Assembly: GCF_021869535.1 (NCBI RefSeq)
Contig: NW_026262667.1
Coordinates: 10,602,001-10,666,000, forward strand
DNA length: 64,000 nt
Source of the DNA: Mytilus californianus
Lineage: Eukaryota
Direction: 5' to 3'
The stretch's first letter is position 1, and every line of letters starts with the position of its first letter. The position numbers and the translations under genes were made by a program. Below, piece by piece: positions 1 to 14,200 of the stretch. The notes under the pieces are model-generated. The model searched no databases. It saw nothing but the letters and a program-made list of their open reading frames with translations, and was not told where the DNA came from.

Positions 1-1218
1 TAAACCTGAACTGAAAAAAGTCAATAACTAGGCCGTTAGTTTTCTCGCTTTGATATTTTATTCTACCAATGGTAATACACCATTAGACCTTGTATCATGG
101 ATCACTGTGGGACCGACATCTTTTAAACTAAATAAGGAAGCTTTTTTGTGTGTCGCGTCTCCAACACTTAACAGATTAAATTATCAATAATAAAGGTGTT
201 TCTTTGCAAATCGTATTTAAACATAACATACGAAAAAAAGTCAGAAGAGTTACAAACTATACACGAGGTTCCAACTTCGATTTTATGGTTGACGTATGGT
301 CATTTTCGGGAAAATGCGTCATATGACATTGTGATGTGAAGATATTTGCTTTGTTGCACCAATTGGAGGATTATGTATTCAGGAAAATGTTGAAACTGTT
401 AAAAACAAAAATCCCTAACTCGTTTTGAATTGTATTGTATTGTATTGTTTGTTTTTTTTTTCCTTTCCTTTTCTTTGTTTTTTACAAAGGTTTTTCAGTT
501 AATGACGCTCTCTGCTTTATAAATATGTAAAGAGGCATTCAGAAATATGGTCGAGTTATTTATTTATACCTTTATCTCTGTGGGAGACATTTTTTCTGTA
601 GAATTTGTTTTCAATTATAAATTAACTAAACGCAAGATGTAAAGGACATGTGTTGAGAAAGTTTTTTTTAATGAAAATGTATTTATTTTGTTTTGTCTTT
701 TAAAGAATGAACAAATAAAACATTATAATCATTAACTATGTTAACCAAATACTGCGTTTCACATTCATTCTACTATATTGTAGACCTACATTTCATCTGA
801 AAACAATTTCTTTAGTTAATGAATGCCACCAATCAGTACAAAATAATTGTCCTTTTATAGTAAGGGTCTTCACATCACAATTCCTGTAATGTTTAAAAAG
901 ATTCAGTCTTGTAAGATGATAGAATTTTGTTTGATGTTGAAAATTTCAAGGTTCTAATTCAAAATTTGAAAAAGTCATTCTTGTTCTCTAAAATTAAAAG
1001 ACCAGAAACCCCCACGTATAAAACACAACAATATTGATGAGACCCCTTGGTAAGTGTTAGCATTCTTAACGACAGGGAAAAAAACAGCTGATCTAAAGTA
1101 ATGCCACAATACATCGTGAACTGCGATGAAGCAGACGAAGAACGAAATGTTGAATTTCAATAATATAACCTGGGTCTCGTCTTGACTATAACGACAGCTT
1201 CATTTTATATAGCATTGT

Positions 1219-1345
1219 AGGCAAGAGTGGTCTATGGCGGTGGGTTTACCAGGATTTCTTTTCAATTAGGTTCAAATCCCGCTGAGAAAAGGACAACAGT
1301 TTGCCAAAGCAAATTTGCAGATTTATCATTGTTGGGCTAAATTTC
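1219..1345 (+). mobile_element. Degenerate tRNA-derived SINE head
   Basis: A-box-like GCAAGAGTGG and B-box GGTTCAAATCCC; no complete cloverleaf. Confidence 0.4.
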
Positions 1346-2059
1346 AGACAAAGTATATACGTATATATTTATTTGTGAAGGAAATTTCCAAGAGAATGAG
1401 GAAGTTCCCATGCACAGGTTGAAATAAAAAAATATATCATTGAACAGATAGTTTTATTACAAATTGATTTAAATATCTTTAGATTTGTGATTTATAATAT
1501 TTATTTCAAGACACGTACTCAATTTAAACCATGTATATTTAGGTACGGCGTGTCAGGTCTCCTTTTACATGACGTATGAAAAGGTAAAAAATTTTCACAG
1601 ATCTTTTTAAAAAGAATCTACTTTAAAAGTTCTTAGTTGGGTTTGGAAAGATTTCGTTTACTTGAAAAGAAAATTTTTAATTGTGAAATAGTGAACAGTA
1701 CATGAACGTTAATAAAGTATGAGATTTCGTCAGTTTGATTTTGTATTTTTTGGTACGAGTTCTTGTATGGTTGTTACATTCGTATCCCATATCATATTAT
1801 TTAATTAGTAGGTATATCTGTTTTAGTTAAGCAAGCTTATCAGTAGCGTCGGAGATGGGAGAGACTAAGTTTTTGCCCCCCCTCTAAAACCCCTTTTTAG
1901 AAATAAATTATTGAAAATAAAAAATGAAAGAGGACACTGACTAACTTCTTGACTATAAGGACTAAAGAAATTTGTTTTTTGCTTGACACTTTCAGAAAGT
2001 TTGTTCCCATACACGCTGAATTTGGGTATGCGCTTTAATGCCAAACATGATACGCATTC

Positions 2060-2500
2060 AACACAAACACGTGACTCCTACTTCTACAATCTAGACGAGC
2101 ATATACTCCGAACAGTGCTAAAAAATCAGTATATTGGAATTATGATTCCAGAAGAATAAAATGGAGCACTTACATTAATAACAATTAAACATCAGACTTT
2201 CTTCGTAGACATTTACGACACTGTTTAATATCTTGCAGGAATAATTTACATACATTTGACATTCGAGTGATGAGCAGTAATTTGGGATCCTTACATGAAG
2301 GGATACATCGATAAAATTGAACGTTTACATAAGCAGAGATGCCTGTTGTATCAGCTGAAATTATCGCTCAAGGAAAGACGGTACTATCTGACGGCTACGG
2401 AGTAATCTTGAACTGCTGACACTCCAGGAACGGAGGAAAGATTCGAGGCTAACGTTCCTCTACAAAATAACTCGGGGTGTTCACAGAGATTGATCCACAA
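2060..2500 (+). pseudogene. Degenerate non-LTR (CR1/L2/jockey-like) retrotransposon, post-RT C-terminal fragment
   Basis: Frameshifted pieces YIGIMI..KWSTYINN, DFLRRHLRHC, WDPYMKGYIDKIER, ELLTLQERRKDSRLTFLYKITRG follow the typical LINE ORF2 C-terminal pattern. Confidence 0.75.
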
Positions 2501-4420
2501 CACTACCCAGTTATCGAAATCAAAAACAAAACCAAAAGACGAATTAAATCGACAATTTAACTACATGACTATATAGGGAACAATCCCATTCAGAATAAAC
2601 AAACAAATCTAAAAAGTGCTAAACAGTGAGATTTACAAACACACATGTATTTCCTTCGTTTATATAAAGCTTTAGCAACTACAACATAATATGTTCACAG
2701 AAACAGATACATATACACACCATACAACCGAACCTTACCATTTGTTAGAAAACCCGACGGATACGATCATGCATCACCGTTGTACCATGGAAGAATTATA
2801 TTAACATGAACTCCAACGACAAATTAGCACATTTCCATCCCCACTGATTTATTTAGAACATATAAGGTTCCGACCCAGTTTGTCAAGTACGTGATAACTT
2901 CTTTGTGGGGTATCTGTGATGCCGTCGTCGCTTGTTCCGTTATCTGAAGCTGTTCCTCTCACATGAGTTGATATCGGATTTCTTATTCTATCAATACATG
3001 AACGACGACACCTGCATCCTTTCAACTAACGAATGTGAAAGCCGAAAGATCTAAAAAAAATCGGCCAATATTTGATAGAATAACACACGAAAATTTATTT
3101 CAATTGGAAGGAAAATAAGATTATTTTTATTTTAATATTATACTTGTACGGTGTAAGAGAGAGGCGAAGGATACCAAAGGGACATTCAAACTCACAAGCG
3201 GAAAATAAACTGACAACGCCATGGCTAAAAAGAAAAAGAAAAAGACAAACAGACAAACAACAGTACACAAAACAACATACAAAAACAAAGACTGAGCAAC
3301 ACGAACCCCACCGAAAACTGGGGGTGATATATAAGTATTCTATATGTTTACTATTGATGTAAACAAGTAAATATAACAGTCTCTCTTTTATCTTTTTAGA
3401 TCATGTCTTAAATATATTGCTGTGATTTATTATTTATTAGAATAAATAAGATGAACCTTTGATCAAATCTGTATTACTTTTCTGTTGGTTCATATGGATG
3501 CTGTCAAAAATAGTATTATACTTAATATTAATAATCTTTTTTTTTTCAAAGCTACATGTTTGTATTGTTTAATGTCTATCGTTTTGTCATTAATATGCCT
3601 GTCTGTCTGTTTGTTTATTTTGTTTTGGTTTTGTATTGGTTTGTTTATTTAGTAACAATCCTATTGTTTGGATTTTAAACTAATAAAATTCTTATTCTTA
3701 TTCTTATTCTTATGTTAAACCAGAGACATGTATTATATGTCGATCTCTGGTTAAACTGTGAATTTAATATTCTGTCAAGTTATGATGGTTAGATCTTCGA
3801 GTAATCGAAATAACAAAAAAAAGTTCTATCTCTTTATTCAAAAAGTACATATAAATCGTAGTATCACAGTTAATAAAAATATAAATTAAAATGGAATATC
3901 ACAGTTATCATGTAAAATCAGCTAAAGTGGACTATCACATTTACCATGTAAAAGTATTCATTCAAAATTATTGTAGCATATGATATCGTTTATCATATAT
4001 CGTTAGGGTCATGCATAACTCTCTCTCAAACCATGGAAGTAATATTACTTCCATGCTTAAACACACACACACACACATCAATTTACTTTCTTCCACATCA
4101 CACACACATTTTATGACAGTCAATGATGCTGTTTACTAACTAATATCACTATAAAGAATAAGAACAAAAATACTTGTTTTGGTAAAAACAGTCTTAAATT
4201 AAAAAAAAACCAAAACAACAACACTCGTGTATGTATCTACATGCAGAGACGTAAAAGCAAGGAGGTTTTTTTGTAATTACCCATCAAACGGGTCTGGAAC
4301 CAGATTTGTTTCTCATCAATTCATTGCCACTCTTACTCAAAAAGAAAACTTTCATTTTTAGATATGTTACCTTCTTGTAGATATTGAACAAGGAATGTGT
4401 TCCTGATCTGCTGAATAGTA

Positions 4421-4463
4421 ACCAAAGGTACCAGGATTAAAATTTAATACGCCAGACGCGCGT
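4421..4463 (-). mobile_element. Truncated retrozyme copy with only the 3' half of the hammerhead
   Basis: Keeps ACGCGCGT-C-TGGCG on the minus strand; lacks CUGAUGA and stem II. Confidence 0.55.
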
Positions 4464-5062
4464 ATAAAATGCATATCGTGTATAATGTTAACTTAGTAAC
4501 AGAAAAACCGCATAAAATTGTTTACAGAGTTGTGATCAGACGCTTTCAAGTAAAGCTGAATAACGAATGAGTGTTTTTATAAGACAGCATACTGTCTGGG
4601 TACTTTGGTTGTCAGTCTTTCATTTATTTATACAAATTGAAACTATCATATGACTTAAAACAAACGAGAGAATAAGTGTAAAATACATGTGTAAATATCA
4701 AATATTTAAAAAAAAAAAGAAATGTATAAAATGACAACTTTGCTTAATAATGAATCTGCAAGTAATGCCACTTGTGGGGAGACAACCTATTCTAACAAAT
4801 AAGAAATGACAAAAGCACCGGTTACAAATAAAAACATGAGAAAATGTCATATCATTCCTTACACCTACTGGCCTCGAAATTGATATTCATAACTCCTGCA
4901 ATGCATTTTCCTATACCATTCCTTTTCATTATATCTTCAAGGGTTCCTTCTTTCTCTTCTTAATCATCGTACAAATTGTCCAAGGACGTTGTACACTGGC
5001 AAGTCACATGACAGCATATAAAACTTGTGTGTAAATGATTATTGTCCTTAGCTTCTATGACA

Positions 5063-5209
5063 TTAGGTATCTGCTCGATCGGGTTTAGAATCTACGTGTG
5101 ATGGGGGTGAGTCCTGTAGTGCTATGGCCTCCTCTACACCTTTCAATGCTAGTACAAGCGGATACACCCTCTCATAACGGTCTTCTCGAACATACTTTTT
5201 CACCACAGT
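5063..5209 (-). CDS. kinase A exon 10 (terminal)
   Basis: ttttttag acceptor; [48 protein letters not shown]-stop; AATAAA on the minus strand near 4625. Confidence 0.8.
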   Translation of the reverse strand, partial: TVVKKYVREDRYERVYPLVLALKGVEEAIALQDSPPSHVDSKPDRADT

Positions 5210-8200
5210 CTAAAAAACATCGAGTAAAAATATCACTGTCTTTACATTTCAGAACGACAACGCATACATTTTTCTAACATAAGAGATTGCTGTATCGATA
5301 AGTACAAATGGTAACTGTTCAAAATGTATTTTATTATTTTACCAATGCTTAATATATATTTAAAATGAATGAAGAAGTCAAGTTTTCTTGTCATTTTCAC
5401 ATAAACGTTTTTTGTCTTTAACATTGATATAAAAATAATCTGTTCTGAATTAGATTATATAAGGTAGAATAATGACTATTTCAATACTGAAATAATTTGA
5501 TATACAAGTAAAACAAAATTGCTCGTAGATCTCAGAAAATTGAGTTTGAGCTAGCGACTTCAGAAGTAATAATACCTTTATTTTCTCGTAATCTGTTGGA
5601 TGTTTACGACATACTTTAATAATCTTAGAGACATGTTCACTTGCTTTGTTGCCACCCATTAATCGAACTATTTGCCTGCAAATGAAAAATATTTCAAACT
5701 TAGCGGTTTACAAGGGATATATAGTTTTATGCTGGTTTGCTTTACATACGAGGTGAATAATTTTTTTTTATAATAAACGTTATCGTATTCCGTATATATT
5801 CATGGAATATCTGTTTCACAGGGAATGACGGATATGTTATAATTGTCGTAAATACAATGCCGTTCTCTTTCCTCGAATGTAACCTACCAAATAAGAATTA
5901 TCACCGGGTTTGTACTTGCATGAGACTGTATAGCAGGATCTGCTTACCTTAACGGAGCACCTTGGTTTTGATGGGATTCGTGTTGCTCGGTCTTTAGTTT
6001 TATATGCTGTGTTTTGTGTACTGTTGTTTGTCTTTTCGTCGTTTTTTGTTTGTTTCATGGCGTTGTCAGTTTGTTTTAGACTTACGAGTTTGAATATGTC
6101 TTTGGTATCGTTCGCCTCTTTTTCTCAAAAATTTGAGATAAAACATCGCTATTAGTTTTTCTATAAATACCCAAAATTATTTTTTGAGGAAACACTTTTG
6201 ATAATACCCTCGTTGTCTGGCTACACATAATACCTATATTTGATAAACACAATAAACTTTGGCACAGAAGTATCATCAAAAAGAAAGAAATATTGTCGCC
6301 TTTTATTGTTATCGACACAAATATAAGTAACCGTAGACTTATACAGTGTCAAATTATCCATCAAAAGAATAAAATGTTCATGCTGGCACACAAGTATCAT
6401 CAAAAAGGATAGATATTGGCAGCATTTATAGATGCAGACAACAAATACAGCAACCTGAAACATTCATTTCTTCACTTTTGTGTCTGAGAATCCATCTAAA
6501 CTCATAAATATTATACAACATATGAAATATTGTCACTTTTAGTTGGTATCGACATAAATATCAGTAAACGTACACTTATAAATCTCTCAACTGTTGTCAA
6601 ATTATGCATTCTTATAGTTGTCGACAAATGTTTTAGTAACCGTAGACTCCAAACCTGTGTAAAACTATCAATCCTCAGGTACCGAAAGGATAGATGTTAA
6701 TGCCGATAAGTAATAACCAAGAAAATGGTTTTACTGCAACACTATGTTAGAGCTGAGACTACTGTGCTATAGTAGTCTCAGGTTAGACCGATTTAAACAT
6801 GATTTAATGTTTATGAATCTCTAAACTGTTTATGAAAACTATTTTACTTACGCCTGATATTTGTTTAACTGTTTATGTAAATTCAGCGTATTTTTTACTT
6901 GTATGCCGGGTATACTTGTTTGATTGTTTGTGTAAATTCAGAGCATCTTTTACTTACGCCAGATATTTGTTTGATTGTTTGTGTAAATTCAGAGTATCTT
7001 TTACTTACGCCGGATATATGACTGTTTGTTTAAATTCAGAATTAATTGTACTTAAGCCTGATATTTGTTTGATTGTTTATGAAAACTCAGAGTAAATTTT
7101 ACTTACGCCTGATCATTGTTTCGCTGTATGTATAAATTTATAGTATCTTTTACTTACACTCCTGATTTTTGTATGACTGTTTATGTAAATTCCGAGTATC
7201 TTTTATTTGTACGCCGGATATTTATTTGACTGTTAATGCAAACTCAGTGTATCTTTTACTTACGCCTGATATTTATTTGACTGTTTCTGGAGATAATCCT
7301 GTTGATTCTGTGTATTGGACACTTCATTATACGTAGCTCCCATTGCAGACTTATCTAAAGTACAATATATGAATATTAATTATCAGTCGAAACCCCATCT
7401 GTACATAAAAATTATGTATTATTAGTCATGTAGTATAGTATTATGTTATCTAGAGTGAAGGGACCGTCATATTCACGTCAAGATCATTTTAAATAGAACT
7501 TTTCTGAAAAATGCTTCCTGATATATAAAAGACAAGCGAATAAATCACTATAATAACTAACCTGTTAATCCACATTCTGATGGTTGCTCACTAAACACAC
7601 CACTCTCTCTTCCAGAATCTACAAGAAAATGTCTACTGTAAATATTCATGCAAACTAACATTGAAATCTTGAGAAGTCTCGTGCTTTCAAATTCGATTGG
7701 TGTCAACTTACGTCATATTATTTCATCAAAATATCGATTTTTAGTTTTCACGACCCAAAAGTTTTATTATCTTAAAAGATTACAAAAAAAATATCAATGG
7801 ATTTTTCATTTAAGATCGTATTTTAAAAAAGCGTCTGTCAAAGAATTAATAAATGTGACTCGTTTGGAATATTTACTATTTCAAATTCTCATTGCACGGA
7901 CTTTGGTATAGATTTTACCATCAATTGTTTAAAAAAGTTCTTTTTATAATAAATAGGGGTTTTCTTCTTATAAAAACTCAAGATTTCACAATCTACAATA
8001 TAATTATACGATCTAACCGTCATGCATTCTTCATACTCATGCAATTTAAGACCCAGTTGATTCATACTCTTACCGTTCGTTTTTGTCTTCGATGTTTTTG
8101 GTTCCTTTTTCCTTGGTGCCACTGAAAAATGTTAAGAAAAGTCAATCAGAACTAGAAAATAATAGATAGACGTCTATACCACATGTCAAGCACTAAATAG

Positions 8201-11200
8201 TACCAAAAATTACTTTATATTATCACTTGCCCTTATGTTTATAAGAAAACATTCTTCAAAAATATTTTGAATTGGGGTTCCAGAAGTGAAATTATTGCGA
8301 TATAGAAGCCTTAAAGGGTGTAAATATATGTACCTTTGGCTACAGCCTTTGACAACTCTACTGCAGTGTGAGTGCCAATATTTTTACATTTATGACTAGC
8401 TATTACTTCTGCTACTTGTTTGGCCGTCGGTCTGTTAGCAGATTCTTTTTGTAACATCCACATAATGATAGACTTAACATCGTCACAGTAATCAGCGTTC
8501 TCCATTGGTGGCAGCTGTAAACAAAATTAACTAAAAAATGTCGTCTGCTAATATGCAATGTATAATCAAGGAAGTATAATATTGATAATATTAGTCAATA
8601 TAATACTTCCATGGTATAATCAAGACAGTAATATTGTCAGGATATGTTTCAATAGACGGTCCCCAAAGAGCTTAACCTTGAATTCGTCTAGAACATGCAT
8701 GAAATATTTGCCACTGGACGTTAAGCAACCAACAATCAATCGTAACCTTGAAACTTTTTAAGACGCACTATTTGAATGCTTTCATTTAATATTATAACCA
8801 CAAGCAAAACATTACAAAAAAGTTTTAATTTTCACAATATTCTTATGTGTCAACATTGTAAATAAAGTACTCCGAAAAACAGTTGACCTTTATATTTGAT
8901 TGCTTTGTATCATATTTTAAATGTCTCCTGCATAGATAAGCTGAAGCTTCCCAAGTAAATCTATGTGCATAAAAATTTAGATAAGACTTTTAGTACTCAC
9001 AAGACTATCAACTTGTAAGTGGATACTATTTTAAACAAATAAAGAGTAAGTTGTCTGATTATATTCAACACAAAACTGTATATGTCAGGCAACATATCTA
9101 TAATGCGTTATTATGGTTATTATATATATATATCAATATAGTATTTTCGATATGACAAACACCGCGTGACAAACACCTACTTGTTTCTTTTCAACGAGTT
9201 GTCTGATCTGTTGTATATTTTCTGCTTTAAATGCATAATCACCGGTACCCATTTCAAAACACGTACACCCTAAACTCCAGATATCAGTCTAAAATAAGCA
9301 AAACAATCATTTGATAAAAAGAGAAAAAAAGCAAAAAAATGAATAAATAAATAAATAAAAAACAAGTTCCGGACGCATTTTAAAATTACTCACATCATAA
9401 ATTGATTTCATTGAAAGCGTTTAAACTTGCATATTACTTGTTTTTATACAATACTATTAAAATCCAATTTCACGGTTTAAACACACTATGAATAACGCAT
9501 GGAACTATAATAACGTGCACGAAATATATTTATAGATTTATTCCAAGGCTCGGCTGAATATACAGGCAAACACTATAATAATGCCAATCTCTAAAAAGGG
9601 ATATAGTATGTTTAATTTTTACTAGTCCAAGCGAATCTCTACCTTTTCGTCATACGGTTTCTTTGCCAACATCTCTGGACTCATGTATTGTGGACTGCCG
9701 ATAAATACAGACATTTTACCAGGAGCCGCCACTGGAATCTCTCTGAAAAATATAAATGGAATTAAGATGTCGTAACAGCATATTTAAATACGATTTATTA
9801 CAAAGCATCAACCTACATAATAAACTGTTACAAGTACAATAATATATTTCGTATTTTTATATGGCATTATTTCAACGTAACTCTTTTACATTGTAATATA
9901 ATTGATTTTTGACAGGTTAGATGCAATTAATAACATTTTTTGTTTGCTTTTAAAATGAAAATGCAAATATCGAAAAGTAGAAAACGTGCAAATAAAAAAT
10001 GACGTGTTCGTTTATTTCTCCTTGACTTCCTGATCTGCAGCACAAATGGATGCTTCGCATAATTGCAGTTCATTGAAATAATAGAATTTATGATTGAGCA
10101 TAAATTCGGTTATTAGTGTAAGCATAGATAACTTGTGTTATTAGCCGTTTCACATCTATTAAATGTAGGCTAGCAAACAGATGTGTTTGTCAATGCGCAA
10201 TATGACTGCGCACACGATTTTTTTTCATTCCGACATTTGAAAGAAACAGACGGAATATTATTTGGTGATTGAAAGAAAAATAAAGGAAAATCAATACAAA
10301 GAAGTAATCTAGTAGGCAAAACGGAAACGAACTCTTTATCATATCGATCAAGTGGATGGCAATGATAAACTAAAGTCTACTCACCTTGCTACGCCGAAAT
10401 CTGCAATCTTGACGTCGTTATGAGCAGTCAATAAAATGTTTTTACTTTTTACGTCTCTGTGTAACACGTTTTTACTGTGTAGAAACTGAAATTTACAATA
10501 ATTTAATTTAAAAGAACTGTTACAACACGCAGACAAAACTTGTTTTTAAAATATTTTCAACTTTAGAATCATATTACAGCTCCTTTGTTACAATAACTAA
10601 ACAAAAAGATACTTTTATAGCATGATGCAAATACCCGACTAAAGACGATATTCAGACGCAATCCAATGAATAGTAGAAAATATCAAAGGGCTGTCAAAAC
10701 ATCAAAAGTCAAATAATAATAGACAACGCCATGGCCAAACATAATAACGACGGAAAGACAAACAACACATTTTTACAAACAACACAGAAAACCGTAAAGC
10801 CGAGATCATTGACCGTAGGTGAACTCAGGTACTCCGGAAGGGTCAGCAGTTCCTGCTCATAATATAATGCGAGACCAAGTGTGTATCTTATGTCGTCATG
10901 ATATATGTATATGTAGTTGCTCATCTAGATAAAACCTGTGACTTAAATGAAATGAAAATAAAAATCCGATTTCACTTAAAAAGGTGCCAACAAAGCGACA
11001 TTCTCATAATGTAACTGAAAAAAATAGTTTGGGGTAATAATACATTTTGGGAGTTCTACAACCAATGCAAATGAAAAATTGTAAGCCTACTAAATCCTAG
11101 GATCACAATCTTTTAAACATTCCAATGTAGTTATATAATTTACCGTCTACAAAAATGTAAATTTGATCAAGAAGGATAATGATGCACAGAACGTGACTGA

Positions 11201-14200
11201 AGACATCAATACAGAAATACATGTCATTAGATATGGCTGAATAATAGAATGTGAAGACATCGATACAGAAATACATGTCATTAGATATGGCTGAATAATA
11301 GAACGTGAAGACATCGATACAGAAATACATGTCATTAGATATGGCTGAATAATAGAACGTGAAGACATCGATACAGAAATACATGTCATTAGATATGGCT
11401 GAATAATAGAACGTGAAGACATCGATACAGAAATACATGTCATTAGATATGGCTGAATAATAGAACGTGAAGACATCGATACAGAAATACATGTCATTAG
11501 ATAGGGCTAAGACATCGATACAGAAATACATGTCATTAGATATGGCTGAATAATAAAACGTGAAGACATCGATACAGAAATACATGTCATTAGATATGGC
11601 TGAATAATAAAACGTGAAGACATCGATACAGAAATACATGTCATTAGATATGGCTGAATAATAGAACGTGAAGACATCGATACAGAAATACATGTCATTA
11701 GATATGGCTGAATAATAGAACGTGAAGACATCAATACAGAAATACATGTCATTAGATATGGCTGAATAATAGAACGTGAAGACATCAATACAAAAATACA
11801 TGTCATTTGATATGGCTGAATAATAGAACGTGAAGACATCAATACAGAAATACATGTCATTAGATATGGCTGAATAATATAACGTGAAGACATCAATACA
11901 GAAATACATGTCATTAGATATGGCTGAATAATAGAACGTGAAGACATCGATACAGAAATACATGTCATTAGATATGCAGGGGCGGATCCAGCCATTTTTT
12001 AAAAGGGGGGGGGGGGTCCCAACCCAGGATAAATGGGGGGTTCCAACTATATGTCCCCATTCAAAATTAATGCATTGATCGTCAAAAAAAGGGGGGTTCC
12101 AACCACCGGACCCCCCCCCCTGGATCCACTACTGATATGGCTGAATGACAGAACGTGAAGACATCAATACAGAAGTACATGTCATTAGTTATTTCTGAAT
12201 GATTAACAAGACCAAATAAATCATATTAAAAACACATATTTTATCTTTTTATAATCTAAATGCAATTCATCAATTGTAAACTATTATATATACAAATAGT
12301 ATATTGATTTTATAGCTTGTAATTTTATAGCGTAATGTACATGATAATACTGGTGACATATTATCTGTTGTTCTGACTGGGACTAGATGCTTCAACTACT
12401 TCATACGGGCCCTGAAGACATCAATATAGACATACATGTCATTAGATAGGTCTGAATGACAAATATATATATATATTTTGTTATCTTTTTACAATTTAAA
12501 TGCAATTCATCTGTTTTAAACTGTATACAAATAGTATATTGATTTTATAGCTAGTAATTTTATAGTGAAATGCACATGATAATACTGGTGACATATTATC
12601 GGTTGTTCTGACTGGAACGAAATGCTTCAATTACTTTATACGTGCTCTGAATGGGACTACTGTAATAAGACGTATTCATTTAAATATTTGCAATACATGG
12701 TACGATCTGGGACTTGGAAGGATCAGTATCAGAAAAGAATGCTCATGTCAAATAAACTTTCGCAAATTTCCCATTTACTTCTGCCAAAACAAAAGTAAGA
12801 TTTAATCGTAAACATTAAAGCTTTACAAATTATCGTTAAGGTACTAACTAATCCAATTTAGTTTAAAACGTCCTTCTATGATTTTTTTTTTAATTTATTA
12901 AAATATTAGTATTACTTAAGGTAAAACGGTATAATGATACAAATATCAACTAAGAAATGTGCCGAAACCTTGTTGCATTTGAATATTAGAGAGTCTATAG
13001 GTGGTATTCTTGGAATGAAGATTATTAACGCTCTCGCATTTATGGGCTTATGTGAAAATGATGATAAAACTTTAATATTTAAATGCAGCTAGGCTTCGTC
13101 ATCCTTCCTATTTTGACCTCTGAATCAAACAGATTTGTGGGAAATTTGTCATTTCTTTGTACTGTACTTTTTTTAAAACTTGGTTCATTTTTTGTTTGTT
13201 ATAACAGGGCATTGGTCTTTTCTTTTGAATTGTTTCACATTTTTTATCATCGGGCCCCTATACAGCAAGAGTTCATTATTGAAGGTATCAGTAGCTCTTC
13301 ACATCCTTGTCCTTTAAGACTTCGGTGGATAGTTGTCTCATTGACAAACACACCACATCTTTAAATGACCCTGATGATTGTATCACATATTTCACGTCGT
13401 TATTCATCTTATTGATTACCACTGGACGTTAAGCAACCAACAATCAATCAATCATCAAACATATTATTGAAGCTTTGCGGTGACAAAAAAAAAATCGTCA
13501 AAGACATTAGGCTTATAATTTTGTACGCCAGACACGCGTTTCGTCTACAAAAGACTCATCAGTGACGCTCGAATAAAAAAGTTATAAGGCCAAATCAAGT
13601 ACGAAGTTGAGCATTGAGGACCAAAAGAATCTGACAAATTTTGCAAATACAGCTACGGTAATCTATTCCTGGGATAGAATATCATTAGTATATTGGACTG
13701 TTTTGTTTTTCAGTAGGAAATAAAATAACATTTCTTACTTCTAATCCAGATGCCATCTGTCTGACAAATTCTACAAACATATATTCTGAAACGACTTTGT
13801 TTTGTCGGATATACTCATATAAAGTACCACGCTCACAATACTCCATAATTATGTAAGCACTATCTCCTTGGCGAAAGCACTCTACGTAATGAACTATGTT
13901 CTCATGTTTGAACCGTTTGAGGTCAGACAGTATTTGAGTTTCTCGGTCTAAAAGTTCTTGCTCTCGTCTGTTAGCTCTGCTTAAATTGATTACTTTCATA
14001 GCATAGTTTGTGGGCTGAAAAACAAAAAAAAATAAAATACAAAATACCAAAAGTCAAGATTTAAGGTTTAAGATATATAAAATAAATTAAAAAAATATGA
14101 AATGACATAAGGAGAGAGAAAATTATTTAAAAAAACCTCATTAGGATTTTGGAACCAGGGCTTCCGGCTGTTTCGATATTATTTGTTGCATACTGTTGTT

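Noticed and set aside
975-1160. 61-aa minus-strand ORF and a plus-strand gtaagt donor near 1050
   Set aside because: No recognisable domain and no partner exons could be joined.
4850-4960. Short open frame EEKEGTLEDIMKRNGIGKC in the kinase A 3' region
   Set aside because: Preceded by a stop with no good acceptor; treated as 3' UTR.
8311-8333. Kinase A ending at the stop at 8311 without further splicing
   Set aside because: Four downstream exons join in consistent phase and give a coherent C-terminus; the short form remains possible as a minor isoform.
11103-11995. ORFs of 286, 162 and 116 aa with 18-aa repeats
   Set aside because: Translation of a 54-bp minisatellite whose period is a multiple of 3; no splice context.
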